A stretch of DNA of 59,274 nucleotides, the filler included, from Squatina squatina (lineage: Eukaryota), in the NCBI GenBank assembly GCA_031763465.1. It is 3 parts of 3 records of this genome, joined end to end, with 100 filler letters (N's around TTAATTAATTAA, not from the genome) between each part and the next. Parts side by side here need not be neighbours in the genome. Positions count along the whole stretch, not along the records: positions 1 to 20,308 come from JARFOE010000192.1; positions 20,409 to 36,098 come from JARFOE010000100.1; 1 more part is not named here. One strand, 5' to 3'. The first letter of the stretch is position 1; each line of letters starts with the position of its first letter. A program made the translations under genes and the position numbers. The notes below the pieces were generated by a model. The model was not told where the DNA came from. It made no database searches and saw nothing but the letters and a program-made list of their open reading frames with translations. Below are positions 13,891-25,632 of the stretch, piece after piece.

Positions 13891-14027
13891 AATATGAATT
13901 TTCTAATGGATGCAGAGCCCCACCATGGAGACAAGTACACGGAGACATTTGCTACCTGATTATTGAAACTCATGACACTAATATCTTGTATGTCACCTGC
14001 AGCACAGCTGGGGTTTTCCTAAATGGG
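13891..14027 (+). CDS. ODAD2: ODAD2/ARMC4 internal exon
   Basis: ttatAG|...GGG|GTAAG, 137 nt. [45 protein letters not shown] matches ARMC4 [21 protein letters not shown]. Confidence 0.95.
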
Positions 14028-14172
14028 GTAAGTAACTAAGTTGAAATAAAAATAGTTTTGTGACTTCATTTCATTTCTCACACAATTTAATGTATAGTAA
14101 TAGTATGTTACTATTAACATTTTCAAACTGCAACACCAGTTTTGCATTATAACATTAGTTATGATTCTTTAG

Positions 14173-14295
14173 GGTCTGGTGAACGACAGTGAAGATGTTA
14201 TCTATGACAGAAATGGTGATATCTACAAGGATCTTATTACATTTCTTAAGGAAACATCTCCGACATTTGCAGAAAATCTTACTCGAATTCAACAG
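14173..14295 (+). CDS. ODAD2: ODAD2/ARMC4 internal exon
   Basis: ctttAG|GGT...CAG|GTAAA, 123 nt. GLVNDSEDVIYDRNGDIYKDLITFLKETSPTFAENLTRIQQ resembles ARMC4 [26 protein letters not shown]. Confidence 0.9.
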
Positions 14296-14354
14296 GTAAA
14301 ATTGGTAGAGTATTTTCACATAAGAAAGCCTGTCGGCCAGGATGACTAACTATA

Positions 14355-14428
14355 TAGAAACATAGAAACATAGAAAAATAGGTGCAGGAGTAGGCCATTC
14401 GGCCCTTCGAGCCTGCACCGCCATTCAA
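14355..14428 (-). mobile_element. Young CR1-type LINE 3' tail with (CATAGAAA)n
   Basis: Nearly identical in reverse to 20409-20481; hairpin region plus octamer microsatellite tail. Confidence 0.85.
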
Positions 14429-15188
14429 NNNNNNNNNNNNNNNNNNNNNNNNNNNNNNNNNNNNNNNNNNNNNNNNNNNNNNNNNNNNNNNNNNNNNNNN
14501 NNNNNNNNNNNNNNNNNNNNNNNNNNNNAATCTATCTGAGGATGTCAAGCCCGTGGTGGCATGGAGAAGAGCTTCACTAATATGATAACAGGAATGAGAG
14601 GTTTTAGTTATGAGTAGAGACCAGAGAGGCTGGTACTTGTTTCATTAAAGCAATGAAGGTTAAAATGAAATTTGATGGAGAATGACAGAACAGACAAAGC
14701 AGCGAAATCTGGAGATAGAGCAGGGCCTGGGTTTGGCTACATGGAGCCTGGATGTTAGGAGGATCAGAACTGTTTGAAATGTTAACAGTAAATTGATATG
14801 AAGAGCTAACAAAATACAAATTATTAGGGGATATCATAGATGATTTTAAAAATATTTTGTTTTAATGACAAATTTTGCATTATATGTGTTTTTAATGTAG
14901 AAAAGGTACTTTACAGAGAGAGAAAGGAAAAAAAAGATTTCTGTTAATTCTGTTAAATCTGCATCTTCCTGTAAAATAATTGCTTTCAGTTCCCACACTA
15001 TGAATTGAAATAAATGCATTTTTACCTCCCACGCCCACCTTTTTTTCAACACAACTCCTTTCACTACCTTTACTTCAGTCTTTGAATTTGTGTCATGGTG
15101 AACAGTTGCTTGAATAAACTTTGGAAGCTGAGTTAATGCCAATGTATTTAAAACATTTTTAAAAAAATTTTTTATATTCTTATTTCAG

Positions 15189-15425
15189 GTTAGTCTTTTG
15201 GACTGTGTTCAAATGCTTTCAGCTAATCTAACTGCAGAACAAGTAAAAGATGTTGAAGTTGCACGTTGTGGTGCTCTTGCACTCTGGAGCTGCAGCAAAA
15301 GTAAAAAAAATAAAAATGCTATTCGTAAAGCTGGTGGTATTCCTCTGCTGGCTTGCCTCTTGAAGTCTCCTCATGAAAACATGCTTATTCCAGTTGTCGG
15401 CACACTGCAAGAATGTGCTTCAGAG
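15189..15425 (+). CDS. ODAD2: ODAD2/ARMC4 armadillo-repeat exon
   Basis: tttcAG|GTT...GAG|GTAAC, 237 nt. ...[60 protein letters not shown]. Confidence 0.97.
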
Positions 15426-15984
15426 GTAACAAAAATCAATGACAATGTGATATTACAATTTCTTTGAAACCTTGTATATATGCCCTTTTTCATTTCATAT
15501 TACTTGTATTTTGTCATAGGTCCAAATAAATCAATAAAATGCCCTCTTCACAGAATATTGGATCCAACAGATAAGCATAATGTTGCTTATTTAGCAGGAA
15601 GAACATTCAAACTTTATAACTGAAAGATAACTTAGTTTTTACTTCTGATGAGTATCATCTATGAGCAAAGGATTGCCAGAGAGATTTGTTTGCAAAGGAA
15701 GTGGCCGCCTACATCCAACATTATCTGCTGAGCCATGTTGCCAATCCAGAATTGTCAGAGGCAAAGTATTTCTATAGGCAAAGGTTAATGAGGCAGTGAT
15801 GTAGTTGCGCTATCTGCTGCAAGCAGACCTACAGACAATATGAACCACAGGAATTGCACTGCCAATGGCAGTCAAAGTCACAACNNNNNNNNNNNNNNNN
15901 NNNNNNNNNNNNNNNNNNNNNNNNNNNNNNNNNNNNNNNNNNNNNNNNNNNNNNNNNNNNNNNNNNNNNNNNNNNNNNNNNNNN

Positions 15985-16370
15985 CTGAGGATCAGCTTTG
16001 TGATTCCTTTCTGCACCATCTCCAGCATTTGAATGTCTTCCATCTGTCTCAGCGACCAGTTCTGGACACGGTGTTCAAGGCGCCATCTGAACAGAGCCCT
16101 GGACAGCTTGATCACAGCTTCCTCCAACTGTGTTGACTACAAGGTCTAGAATTCTGTTGGCTTTATTAATTTCCTGATCTGTACTGGTTGAATATTTTCG
16201 GTCTCTGGTCTACCTGGACTCCCAAGTCCTTTACAACGTGGCCTTTAGCTATTTCAACACCAGTCATGGAGCATGTATTTCCAATTTTCCTTCCAATGCG
16301 TAGTACTTTATATCTATCTGTATTAAACTTCATCTGCCACTGCTCTGCCCACTTCCTTTTGTCCATTCTG
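15985..16370 (-). mobile_element. CR1-type LINE ORF2 fragment
   Basis: KWAEQWQMKFNTDRYKVLRIG..KDLGVQVD and RLEHRVQNWS..EMVQKGITKLI, typical CR1 post-RT motifs. Confidence 0.85.
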
Positions 16371-16507
16371 TGATGACTATAAATTCAATATTGTAGCAAA
16401 ATGAAAGTGCTTTGCACCAATGCTACAATTCTAGTATAAAGGTAGCATTTAATATTTTATTTAATTCATAAATTACATAATGTTTCTTTCCTTTATTGAT
16501 TTTTCAG

Positions 16508-16618
16508 CCAAGTTATAGGTTGGCCATTCGAACAGAAAATATGGTTAAGGATCTGGTAAGAAATCTTAGCAGTGAAAGTCAGGAGCTTCAGATGCATTGT
16601 GCTCGTGCTATTTTCAAG
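16508..16618 (+). CDS. ODAD2: ODAD2/ARMC4 armadillo-repeat exon
   Basis: ttttcAG|CCA...AAG|GTAC, 111 nt. PSYRLAIRTENMVKDLVRNLSSESQELQMHCARAIFK. Confidence 0.93.
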
Positions 16619-16740
16619 GTACAAATAAATGACTTTTTTANNNNNNNNNNNNNNNNNNNNNNNNNNNNNNNNNNNNNNNNNNNNNNNNNNNNNNNNNNNN
16701 NNNNNNNNNNNNNNNNNNNNNNNNNNNNNNNNNNNNNNNN

Positions 16741-16831
16741 TGGTCAATCTTCTAACTGGAACTAATAATGCTCTTCTTGTAAACGTCACCAAAGCAGTGG
16801 GAGAATGTGCTGTTGATGCTGAAAATATGTC
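16741..16831 (+). CDS. ODAD2: ODAD2/ARMC4 exon, 5' part lost in gap
   Basis: [31 protein letters not shown]|GTATGT matches ARMC4 [29 protein letters not shown]. Confidence 0.93.
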
Positions 16832-16996
16832 GTATGTACTTTTTCTATATTTTATTATTGGTCGATCTCTTGTGTCATTGCTCAAGGAAAACAATAAAAA
16901 CAAATGTCTCTTTCTCCATGCTTTATTTCCCACTTCTCTAATTGTTTTTTAGCTCTTTCTCTGTCTTTCTGTTTGTCCTTCTCTGTCTGTCTTTCT

Positions 16997-17370
16997 GGCC
17001 CCGATATTTACAGGGAGATGGCAGGGGAGCGGGCTTGTGGGGGGAAACCTGGAATGCAGAGTTCCTGCCGAATTTAACACCAGGACCTCATTATGATTTT
17101 TTAATTCCATTTCCCGTCCACCAGCCTGCCAGATTGACAGCCTGGGTAGCAAACAGGTGGGAAGGCCAACAGTAGAAGGCTGCAGCCGGGGACTGTTGGA
17201 AACGGTACCTGGCAATTGGAAAAGATCAGGGTTTGGTGGGGGGACTCACCGTAGGGAAATTGGAAGGGAGGGAGAGCAGCAAAGATCAGGTGGTCGAAGA
17301 GGGAGCCAAAGATTGGGGCTTGGTGGGTGGGAGGCTTGACCAATCGTGGCAGCAAGATGAGGCCGTGATC
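16997..17370. mobile_element. GC-rich non-autonomous DNA transposon-like fragment
   Basis: Abrupt GC-rich island starting GGCCCCGATATTTAC, similar in style to other Harbinger-like ends in the window. Confidence 0.4.
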
Positions 17371-18245
17371 AACAACAACAACCTGTATTTATATAGCATC
17401 TTTAACATAGTTAAATGNNNNNNNNNNNNNNNNNNNNNNNNNNNNNNNNNNNNNNNNNNNNNNNNNNNNNNNNNNNNNNNNNNNNNNNNNNNNNNNNNNN
17501 NNNNNNNNNNNNNNNNNTGCTTGGAATTCTCAGTTCCCAAGTCCATAAAAGACATGTCGTAAGACTTGAGGAACATCTGACTGGACATGCTCCATACGAA
17601 GGAAATTGGACCCACGAAAATGGTCTGCGCACCTGAAGATTGGTAATATACAAAATAAATTAGTATCAGCTCCCTCTCACAGGGGCCTACTGTACAGGTC
17701 TCTGACAGGGTGGCCAGCGCACTTCTTCCCCAGCCCCCCTCCCCAATGACAGCCATGCATCAGAGAATCCAGCAGTATGGGGCAAGCAGGCACCTGAGCT
17801 GCACCCATACTGGTGCAGGTGCCCATCAGCCCCATCCACTGCCCTCCCACAAACTACAGCAGGGTCAGTGCCAGAGGATACCAGGAGGCACTATTCTGGT
17901 GTAACTGCTGAGATCACATCCAGACATTTTCTGATACATTCAATTCTATAAATTTTTGAACTAAAATTAGCAATGATGGTAATAAAACTTATAAAAGTTG
18001 CACTTATTTTAACAAGTAATTACATTTTCAATAATCAATGTGACCAAATTAAAATATCTGCTTAATTGGTGGTGTTATGGTGGTATGTTCAGGCATATTT
18101 TCATTTAGCACCATATAAGTTTACAATACAGAAGTAGGGCAGTTGGCCTGTCATGTCTGTGGCAGCTCTTTGCTAGAGTAATCCAAAATTAATTCCCATG
18201 CTCTCCTCAGAACCCTGTATATTCCCTGTCTTAAAAGATGTCAAG

Positions 18246-18644
18246 TGGGAATTTCAGCAGGGATCTCTTGATAGCAACTATAATTTCTGCAGAACTCCCA
18301 ACGAAATGGCAGAAACGACTGTTTTCAACTGCTTTCGAGGGGAGATCAAGAGCCCCCAGCCCCTTCCCATCCTGAGGATATTCCAGGTGCTCTTCTATTG
18401 TATTTTGTGGTGCTTAATTGCAAATTGCACATGAATACCTTTGAAATAATCATTCAATATGATTATCAGATAAATGCAAAAGCAACTGATTTCCGCAGGG
18501 GTTTGCCAATGGGAGATCAGTGGAATCCCTGGAAAAATAGCATAACAGCTAAAAACAGCAGTTTACACCATTTCTCCAAGGGTTCTGACAATCTTCCACT
18601 GAAGCTACAACAGGAGATTGGAAGAACCCCATGGAAATTCAGGG
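18246..18644. mobile_element. MITE-like element with long degenerate inverted repeats
   Basis: Left GAATTTC..AGAAC..GAAATGG..AAAC..CTGTTTT..CTG aligns with the reverse complement of the right end. Confidence 0.45.
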
Positions 18645-19080
18645 TCACTGTATGAAACATAGAGGGACCAAATTTCAGTGTCTCTCACACAGTCTTTACC
18701 ACAACTTTTCCACAAGTCATTGGATTATTGATAACCTCATGTTGTACTACTTCAAGAAGTACCTGAATAACCACCATAGTCAGATGATGTCTGTAATTGT
18801 GCAACATTGACAAAGAAGTTACATCTCTGGATATGATTCATATGATCCAGTTATTGTGGGATTCATGTTAAATTTGAGATAATTATAGCAGAGCTGTACA
18901 CAGGTTAGATTTTGTCACCACTCTGAGAGACAACCAACGAGACAATCATCTAATTTACAGCCTCAAGACTTCTGTAGCTGTGAATGAGATCAGGGTTGAG
19001 CAGGCAGACCATTCGGGTAGTTCAGCAGCTCTATTGACATTTATGCTGGATTGAAATGTTTTGGTGAAGACACAAACTAA

Positions 19081-19345
19081 GAGATTGTTTCAAACATTCA
19101 TCCCAATGTAACACTTGAGACAGCATTCAGTGCAGCTACAGTGGTAGAGGATGACCAAAATGTAGAACTTGAGGCATTGACTTCCAACATGGAGACAGTA
19201 AAGGCACTGTATGCATTAGAAAGACATCTGGATGTTTGTGGAGAAATGGAATCTAGTACATGGAAGGATCTCTGCCATCTGGAAAATGATGACTAATTTT
19301 TAATGCATGATTAAACAGGCAAAGATAACTGATTTTACTAACAGT
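19081..19345 (+). mobile_element. Possible Tigger/pogo transposase C-terminal relic
   Basis: About 71 open codons EIVSNIHP...VVEDDQNVELEALTSNMETVKALYALERHL...LCHLENDD*, then KQAKITDF in another frame. Confidence 0.4.
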
Positions 19346-20352
19346 ACACTGTTGTGCATTGCAAACAACTGCTCAACTGTATGATCTGTCATTTATTTTG
19401 TTATAGATGCTTAGTGTATTGGCACCACACAGTACGTTTTTGTATACAGGAATATATGCCCTGAGAATGCATTTTAGCTTACAGAATATAGTAGTACTGC
19501 AGCAGTTCTTTATAATGTGATGTGCTGACTGCAGTTTTACTACTGTATTTCAATGGAATAGATAAATTACATTCTGTATTTGAAAAATCTCATTAAACCA
19601 GTGATTTTAAACCTATTAGAGCCAACTTTCCTAGCCCCAGAGCCTCCAAAGCACCCACAGAAGTGCGATTAATTGACAAATTTACCTTCAGGATCTAATT
19701 TCCAACAGCAATATGTATTGCAGAGACTTTTCAGAAGCTTATGCCTTTTATATGATCATATAATTATAACCTCTGTTCCTACATTGTTTTCTCAAAAATA
19801 TTAGGAAAAAAGACTGGTTAGCATAAAATCATAGAAATTATAGCCCAAAAGGAAACCATTCAGTCTATCACACCTTGACTGCTCCTAGGTTTTCAGCTAG
19901 ACCCATCTACTCTAATTGTATGTCCCTGTCCCTTCCCCATATCCTTTTTATTCCTTTCAAATACTTATCCCATTCCTTTCTAAATCATGTTATAGTCACT
20001 ATATAACAAAATTCATCTAACTTCACCGATCATTTTCTATTGGTAATCCTGTGTTTAAGCTCCTTTGTTACCAATCTGCCATCCAGTAAAAATAATCTTC
20101 ACTATTTACCCTCTCAAAGGGGGCCTAATTGGTCTGCACTGCATTTCAAATGTAAGGGGAACAAAAGGCCTGTTTTTCGTGCCCATTTTGCGCTGGCTTT
20201 AAGTCTTGGGCTCTTTAAAAAAAATTTCGGGTGGGCTATAAAATCAGCTAGAAATCAGCGCTAATGGTTCCAGGATCGGCACTAATTGAGCAAGACTGGT
20301 TTCAGCGGNNNNNNNNNNNNNNNNNNNNNNNNNNNNNNNNNNNNNNNNNNNN

Positions 20353-20364
20353 TTAATTAATTAA
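20353..20364. other. Artificial scaffolding spacer TTAATTAATTAA
   Basis: Exactly 44 N + palindromic 12-mer with stops in all six frames + 44 N = 100 nt; identical structure at 36143-36154. Confidence 0.95.
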
Positions 20365-20408
20365 NNNNNNNNNNNNNNNNNNNNNNNNNNNNNNNNNNNN
20401 NNNNNNNN

Positions 20409-20481
20409 TTGAATGGCGGTGCAGGCTCGAAGGGCCTAATGGCCTACTCCTGCACCTATTTTCTATGTTTCTATGTTTCTA
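20409..20481 (+). mobile_element. Young CR1-type LINE 3' tail
   Basis: GCAGGCTCGAAGGGCCTAATGGCCTACTCCTGCACCTATT followed by (TTCTATGT)n. Confidence 0.85.
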
Positions 20482-21133
20482 ACCAACAAAATTGAAGGAT
20501 TGTGAAATAAACAGCACAAGTACTGAGAAAGGAGGGTAAATTAGAGGGGATGAATTTAATGTCAAATCAGGTACAGAAAGGCATAAAGAGGGAAAGGAAG
20601 ATTGGATTAAGAGAGAGGAAAAAAAGAGACAGAAAGGAATTGTTAAAAAAAAATTTTAAATTTCACATTTTCTAAATAGCCAACAATTAAAACCTGAAGG
20701 AATGACACTCTACATTTGTAATAGTTAATTTTTAGTGCCAGAGAGGTTCATTGGCTGTAATTAACAATTAGCACATCATTAAAAGAAACTGACAGCTAAT
20801 CCAGAATTAATTAAATGCGTGGACCTTAAATGACTCCAAAACAGGCTCCTTGTGTCACTTCAGACCAACTCTAACTTTCTGTGGTGAGTTTAGTTCCTAT
20901 CTACCGCGTAAGTACAGCAACTTCACGCCTCTCAATGCATTTCAATGGTGAGCCAGTCAGCGAGATGCCGTTTTTGTGAAGCTAATGGCAGAGCAGCTCC
21001 ACCTCGAACAGAAGTGTTTGGATTTCTGGATTTAACCCTGCATCTTCCTCACCTGAAGTTGCTGTAGTATTTGCTCATAAATAATGGCGAGCGCCATTAG
21101 CCTCACTGTTATCTTGACAGCAAATTCTGGCCC
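20482..21133. mobile_element. Non-autonomous DNA transposon (Harbinger-like terminus)
   Basis: The right end (...GCAAATTCTGGCCC) is the reverse complement, over about 110 nt, of the element end starting GGGCTGGAGTTTGC at 22830. Confidence 0.6.
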
Positions 21134-22704
21134 AGATTAACAGACTCAGAGAATTAATTCCACCAGTCAAGCACTGCTCGTGAGGAGCAGCTCTCAGTGT
21201 TAACACTGCTAAATGGCAGATGGGTGCATCGAGCTCTGTAGATACGGTGGGGGACCTGTTGATCCCTGTGGCGTGCCTATCAGTTCAACCGCAAAATAAG
21301 CATTCTTACTTTGTAAATTAAAGAAAATAGATCTCAAAGATATTGCAGAAAAATAAATATTAATAAAAACTTCAGAAATATGAAAAAAATTGCAAACAAA
21401 AACGCCATAGTAACTGATACTGTAAATATTACGAAAACTATGANNNNNNNNNNNNNNNNNNNNNNNNNNNNNNNNNNNNNNNNNNNNNNNNNNNNNNNNN
21501 NNNNNNNNNNNNNNNNNNNNNNNNNNNNNNNNNNNNNNNNNNNCCATTGACTAACATTAAAATATTAACCTGGGTTAAGCTCAAAAATGTCACATCTGAC
21601 CTCTATCAAAATACTTATTTTTCCATGTGCCTCTCTTGCTGCAGAAGGCTGCTTGAGTTTATCATTAACAGGCCCCTTCAGTAAGAGCTAAACTAGTTAA
21701 ATCCATGTGTTTTCTCCTTTTAACTCTTTCTTTTGAGGAGTAGGAAAACTCCTCTGGACAAATGTCTGTCGGTGTTTACTTCTGACTCCACCACTCTTTA
21801 CTCATATCTGGCATTTCACTAAAATTAGCAAACACAAAATTGTCATCAATGTGTTGGACAGATTGCCACAATGATACAAGGCTCATTGTCCTGAGCTCCA
21901 CTGCCTAGTTAATTAATCAATGATTAATCATGGCAGTGGAAAATTTCAGTTAAATGTACATGGCAATCTACATTGTACAATGTTCTTGCCTCTTTACCAT
22001 GGCATGCCTCTTATTGACTTGTTTAGAAACTCATGGGTAATTTAAGAGTCAGGATACTTTTAAAATTTTAGAATGATCCCTACAAATAATTATCATTTTT
22101 ATTATGTAATGAAATAATTACCGAGTAAGCCTGGCAATGATGAATATCCTCGCTGGAAAACAGGACACTGTCTTTTATGAAGATTGAAATTGCACGAAGG
22201 ATGTACGACACAAACAAATTCATATGAATGTAATTCCTGGTACAGTGAAGTTTCCTATAAAATATGCAAAATGTTTCAGTTATATAGAGTACAAAATGAA
22301 ACAGTTTAAATGTATCTATGCTTGAATATTTTTTAAAATAATGCTAGCTCTTCCATGGCATTGCTAATGGTCCCAAAATGAGTTGTAAGCAGATGCTTTC
22401 TAGCATGCAAAACAAATACGGTGGTTCTGAGGATAGGCCCAAGGCACAAGGGGGTGGTCAGGGAAGGGAGGGGCAGGAACAGGATCCAAAGAATGGAGGG
22501 AGGGACTGGGCAAGAGGCTGGTTGATGGTAGGGTCAGGCGGCTAAGCTTGCAGAGGTACACACAGAGCTGGTAGGTAAACTGTTATATAGCATCCACCAC
22601 TTTTTTATGTTTCTTAGGCTGACTGTAGAGAAGAAAGGGGAAGATGAAAGGGTATTGTCATGCAGGTTTCTGTTTTTGGTTTTGCAATATAATTGGTTCA
22701 TACT

Positions 22705-22816
22705 GATCATGTGGCGGGGGAGTGGTACTAGCTGAAATACTGTTGCAGAGAGCTGGCGCAGGCTCGATGGGCCGAATGGCCTCCTTCTGTGCTGTAACCA
22801 TTCTATGATCCTATGA
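22705..22816 (+). mobile_element. CR1/HER1-like LINE 3' tail
   Basis: GGCTCGATGGGCCGAATGGCCTCCTTCTGTGCTGTAACCATTCTATGATCCTATGA. Confidence 0.8.
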
Positions 22817-22829
22817 ATGACAATACCAT

Positions 22830-23073
22830 GGGCTGGAGTTTGCGATAAAAATAATGGTGAGGCTAACAGCACTTACCATTAGAATGAGGTAAATCAGGTA
22901 GCAACTTCCGGCGTCCGCACATGCGCAGTTAAACGCAGAAATCCGGAAGCTGCTATCAGTGATAACCTGTTCATCCACAGTGTGTGCTGTTGCAGTCCTC
23001 ACCAATAGACTCGGCATTGAAATGAATGCAACGGCATGGAGTTGGGTATTGCCCACTAGTTCCCCACTAAAGA
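22830..23073. mobile_element. Non-autonomous DNA transposon end
   Basis: Shares its terminal sequence with the element ending at 21133; runs into a gap. Confidence 0.6.
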
Positions 23074-25531
23074 NNNNNNNNNNNNNNNNNNNNNNNNNNN
23101 NNNNNNNNNNNNNNNNNNNNNNNNNNNNNNNNNNNNNNNNNNNNNNNNNNNNNNNNNNNNNNNNNNNNNNNNNTAAATTAAATGCAGTTAGGTGTTCATT
23201 TTGAAGTTTGCAAAGATTCAAGCTGGACTAAAACACAATACCAACTAAGACTTCTCTACTTTTCCAGTTATACATTGTGTGATGGAGGTCTTTAATTTAA
23301 TTTTGTATTTTACTAGTCAGGTCGCAAGAGCAATAATATTACTGGACATTGTGTATGGGCACAGGTCAAAATGTTTGTGCATGTGGGAAGGAAACTTCAG
23401 GGAAGGAACAAAGTTCAAGCCCAGGTCCCTGAGAGACAGTTGACCTCTGGGGAAAACTTACTGGACACTTACTGGATAGGTTTCCAACACACATGGGCAG
23501 TGTGATGAGTAAGTGTAAGATTTTGTTGTGTATTATTTTACTTCTCTCTTTATTTAAATTTTTTTAGATGTATACATTTGGTTGAGTGAGGAAACAACAT
23601 GACTGCTGAAACAAGTTTTAAAAGGTTATTTGAATGATTTATTAGTTGGTTTTAGTGGGGCTGCTGATGATAGTTGCTTTTCCTACTTGTCTATAATTGT
23701 GTCATTATGGTTAACAGATAGTGGTTATTGGAGGTACACTTTCAAGGTGTGATATCAATGCACCATATGCAAGACTTCAATTGTAAAGAATAGACATTTT
23801 CCAGAAGAATATTTGGAAATAAAGTGGATTTTTAATATAGCAATTTGAGGTGAAATGTCTTTTGGTGATCATTTTAGCAAAAAATCAGCAGAGTAGAAAA
23901 TTAATCTACTTCTTTTATTTGTCATTGTTTTATTTACCTTCTTTATGAGTGAAAGTAGAGATGACCTTCGGGCAAGATACAGCGACAGTCTTTCCCATTA
24001 GGGAGGAGGGCCAGCATGTCAAGTTATCCCACATTCCATCACAGCCTAATGCAATAAAAACAGAACCAGAGGAAAAATGTTTAGAAAATGCTTAGAACAA
24101 ANNNNNNNNNNNNNNNNNNNNNNNNNNNNNNNNNNNNNNNNNNNNNNNNNNNNNNNNNNNNNNNNNNNNNNNNNNNNNNNNNNNNNNNNNNNNNNNNNNN
24201 NTACCTTTAGAATCTTGAAATCACTCACTTTTAATATATAATAGATATTCTTGTTTCCTTCATGAGTCCCTCTAAATATCCTCTGCAGCAGCATATGAAT
24301 TTGGATAATGGATAATTTAAGACAGGTGAACCACCTTCAGCATGTCGATTCTTCAGGAATAGTCAATGTATGCTGACTATTGAATGTCATAAGTGAAACC
24401 TTGGATATGGGAAGTGATCTTTGAACATTTTTTGGATGCTAAGTTGTGGCAGACCTGAATAGGTCTTTTGTTAAACAAAAGTGTTTATTTTTTTAGTGAG
24501 GGATTATGAAATAGTTTCAAATTTTATAAATGATAAACAATGGATGAATCTGATCCAAAGAATTGGATTCTTCAACATTTGACCTCCAACCAAGTATAGA
24601 GCAGGCATGTTCCTGTTCCACCTTCTCTTTGTAATGGCAGTTGGACTTTTCCTAGCTGCCCAAAGTTTGTTACATTTTACACAAGGAGAAATATAGCCAA
24701 TAGGGGTAAAAAAAAAAGATTAAGAGCTATGATTTGTGGTCACTGATCAGTGACCTCTTTCAAGGTCTTAAAATAAGCATATCATCTAAACAACCTGGAC
24801 TTTTATTGGTTTGNNNNNNNNNNNNNNNNNNNNNNNNNNNNNNNNNNNNNNNNNNNNNNNNNNNNNNNNNNNNNNNNNNNNNNNNNNNNNNNNNNNNNNN
24901 NNNNNNNNNNNNNACCATAAATTCCAGGCCATAAACTCTGTTTGGTGGAACTGATAGAAAATGAATTGTGCACCTATTTAATTTATGCAATAAAGTTTGA
25001 TTGGGGACTTTTTAAGTCATACAAAACTGGCTTCTCACTGATGGTAAACAAATGTTTTAAGCTTGTTAAAGTTTCACACATTTGAAACTGTGAAGCATAA
25101 CCCAGTCCATAGTTGTGCACTAAGATTCAATTTTAGCAGTCAGTAGTTGTTAACTTAGGAATTTATAGTTATTTCAACAGATAGAAAAGGAGCACAGAAT
25201 CATAGAAAAAATTAAGGTGCCCTTTAAAAACATATACAGCTATATTGTAAACAGACTATATGACAGCTTTAATCTAAATAACTATGTAATGGAAGGATAG
25301 TGTAGTCTACTTCAACAAGGATCAACTATGTTGTTTTAATTATGTTGTAATTCAGATGATAGTGCACTGAAAGATAGATTGCTCATGAGGTATGTATTTA
25401 TCCTGAGTACATTCCAATGGTTGTAATTTGGAAATATTTTTTGGCGTGATGATGCCTATTTCTAGAAGTAAGCCAAGATCATTCTTCTGGGCACTTTCTC
25501 AATTTATGGTTTTTTTCACACTTCATTTCAG

Positions 25532-25632
25532 ATATCTTTGCCACATTACAGAGAAACAAAGTGATACAGGCTCTCCCTGCTGTTTTGCATTTTGGAGGTT
25601 ATGAGATTGGAAAACATCACCAACAGATTCTG
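25532..25632 (+). CDS. CFAP221: CFAP221 (PCDP1) N-terminal exon
   Basis: tttcAG|AT ATC...CTG|GTAGG, 101 nt. [33 protein letters not shown] matches recalled CFAP221 [33 protein letters not shown]. Not shown in the ORF track. Confidence 0.92.

Noticed and set aside
21209-21300. Minus-strand peptide GTPQGSTGPPPYLQSSMHPSAI* as a terminal exon (e.g. SCTR)
   Set aside because: No recognisable similarity and no convincing acceptor.
25356-25389. Possible 34-nt exon (ttcAG...GAG|GTATGT) upstream of the CFAP221 exon
   Set aside because: Poor pyrimidine tract, and the frame needed to join the next exon contains a stop.
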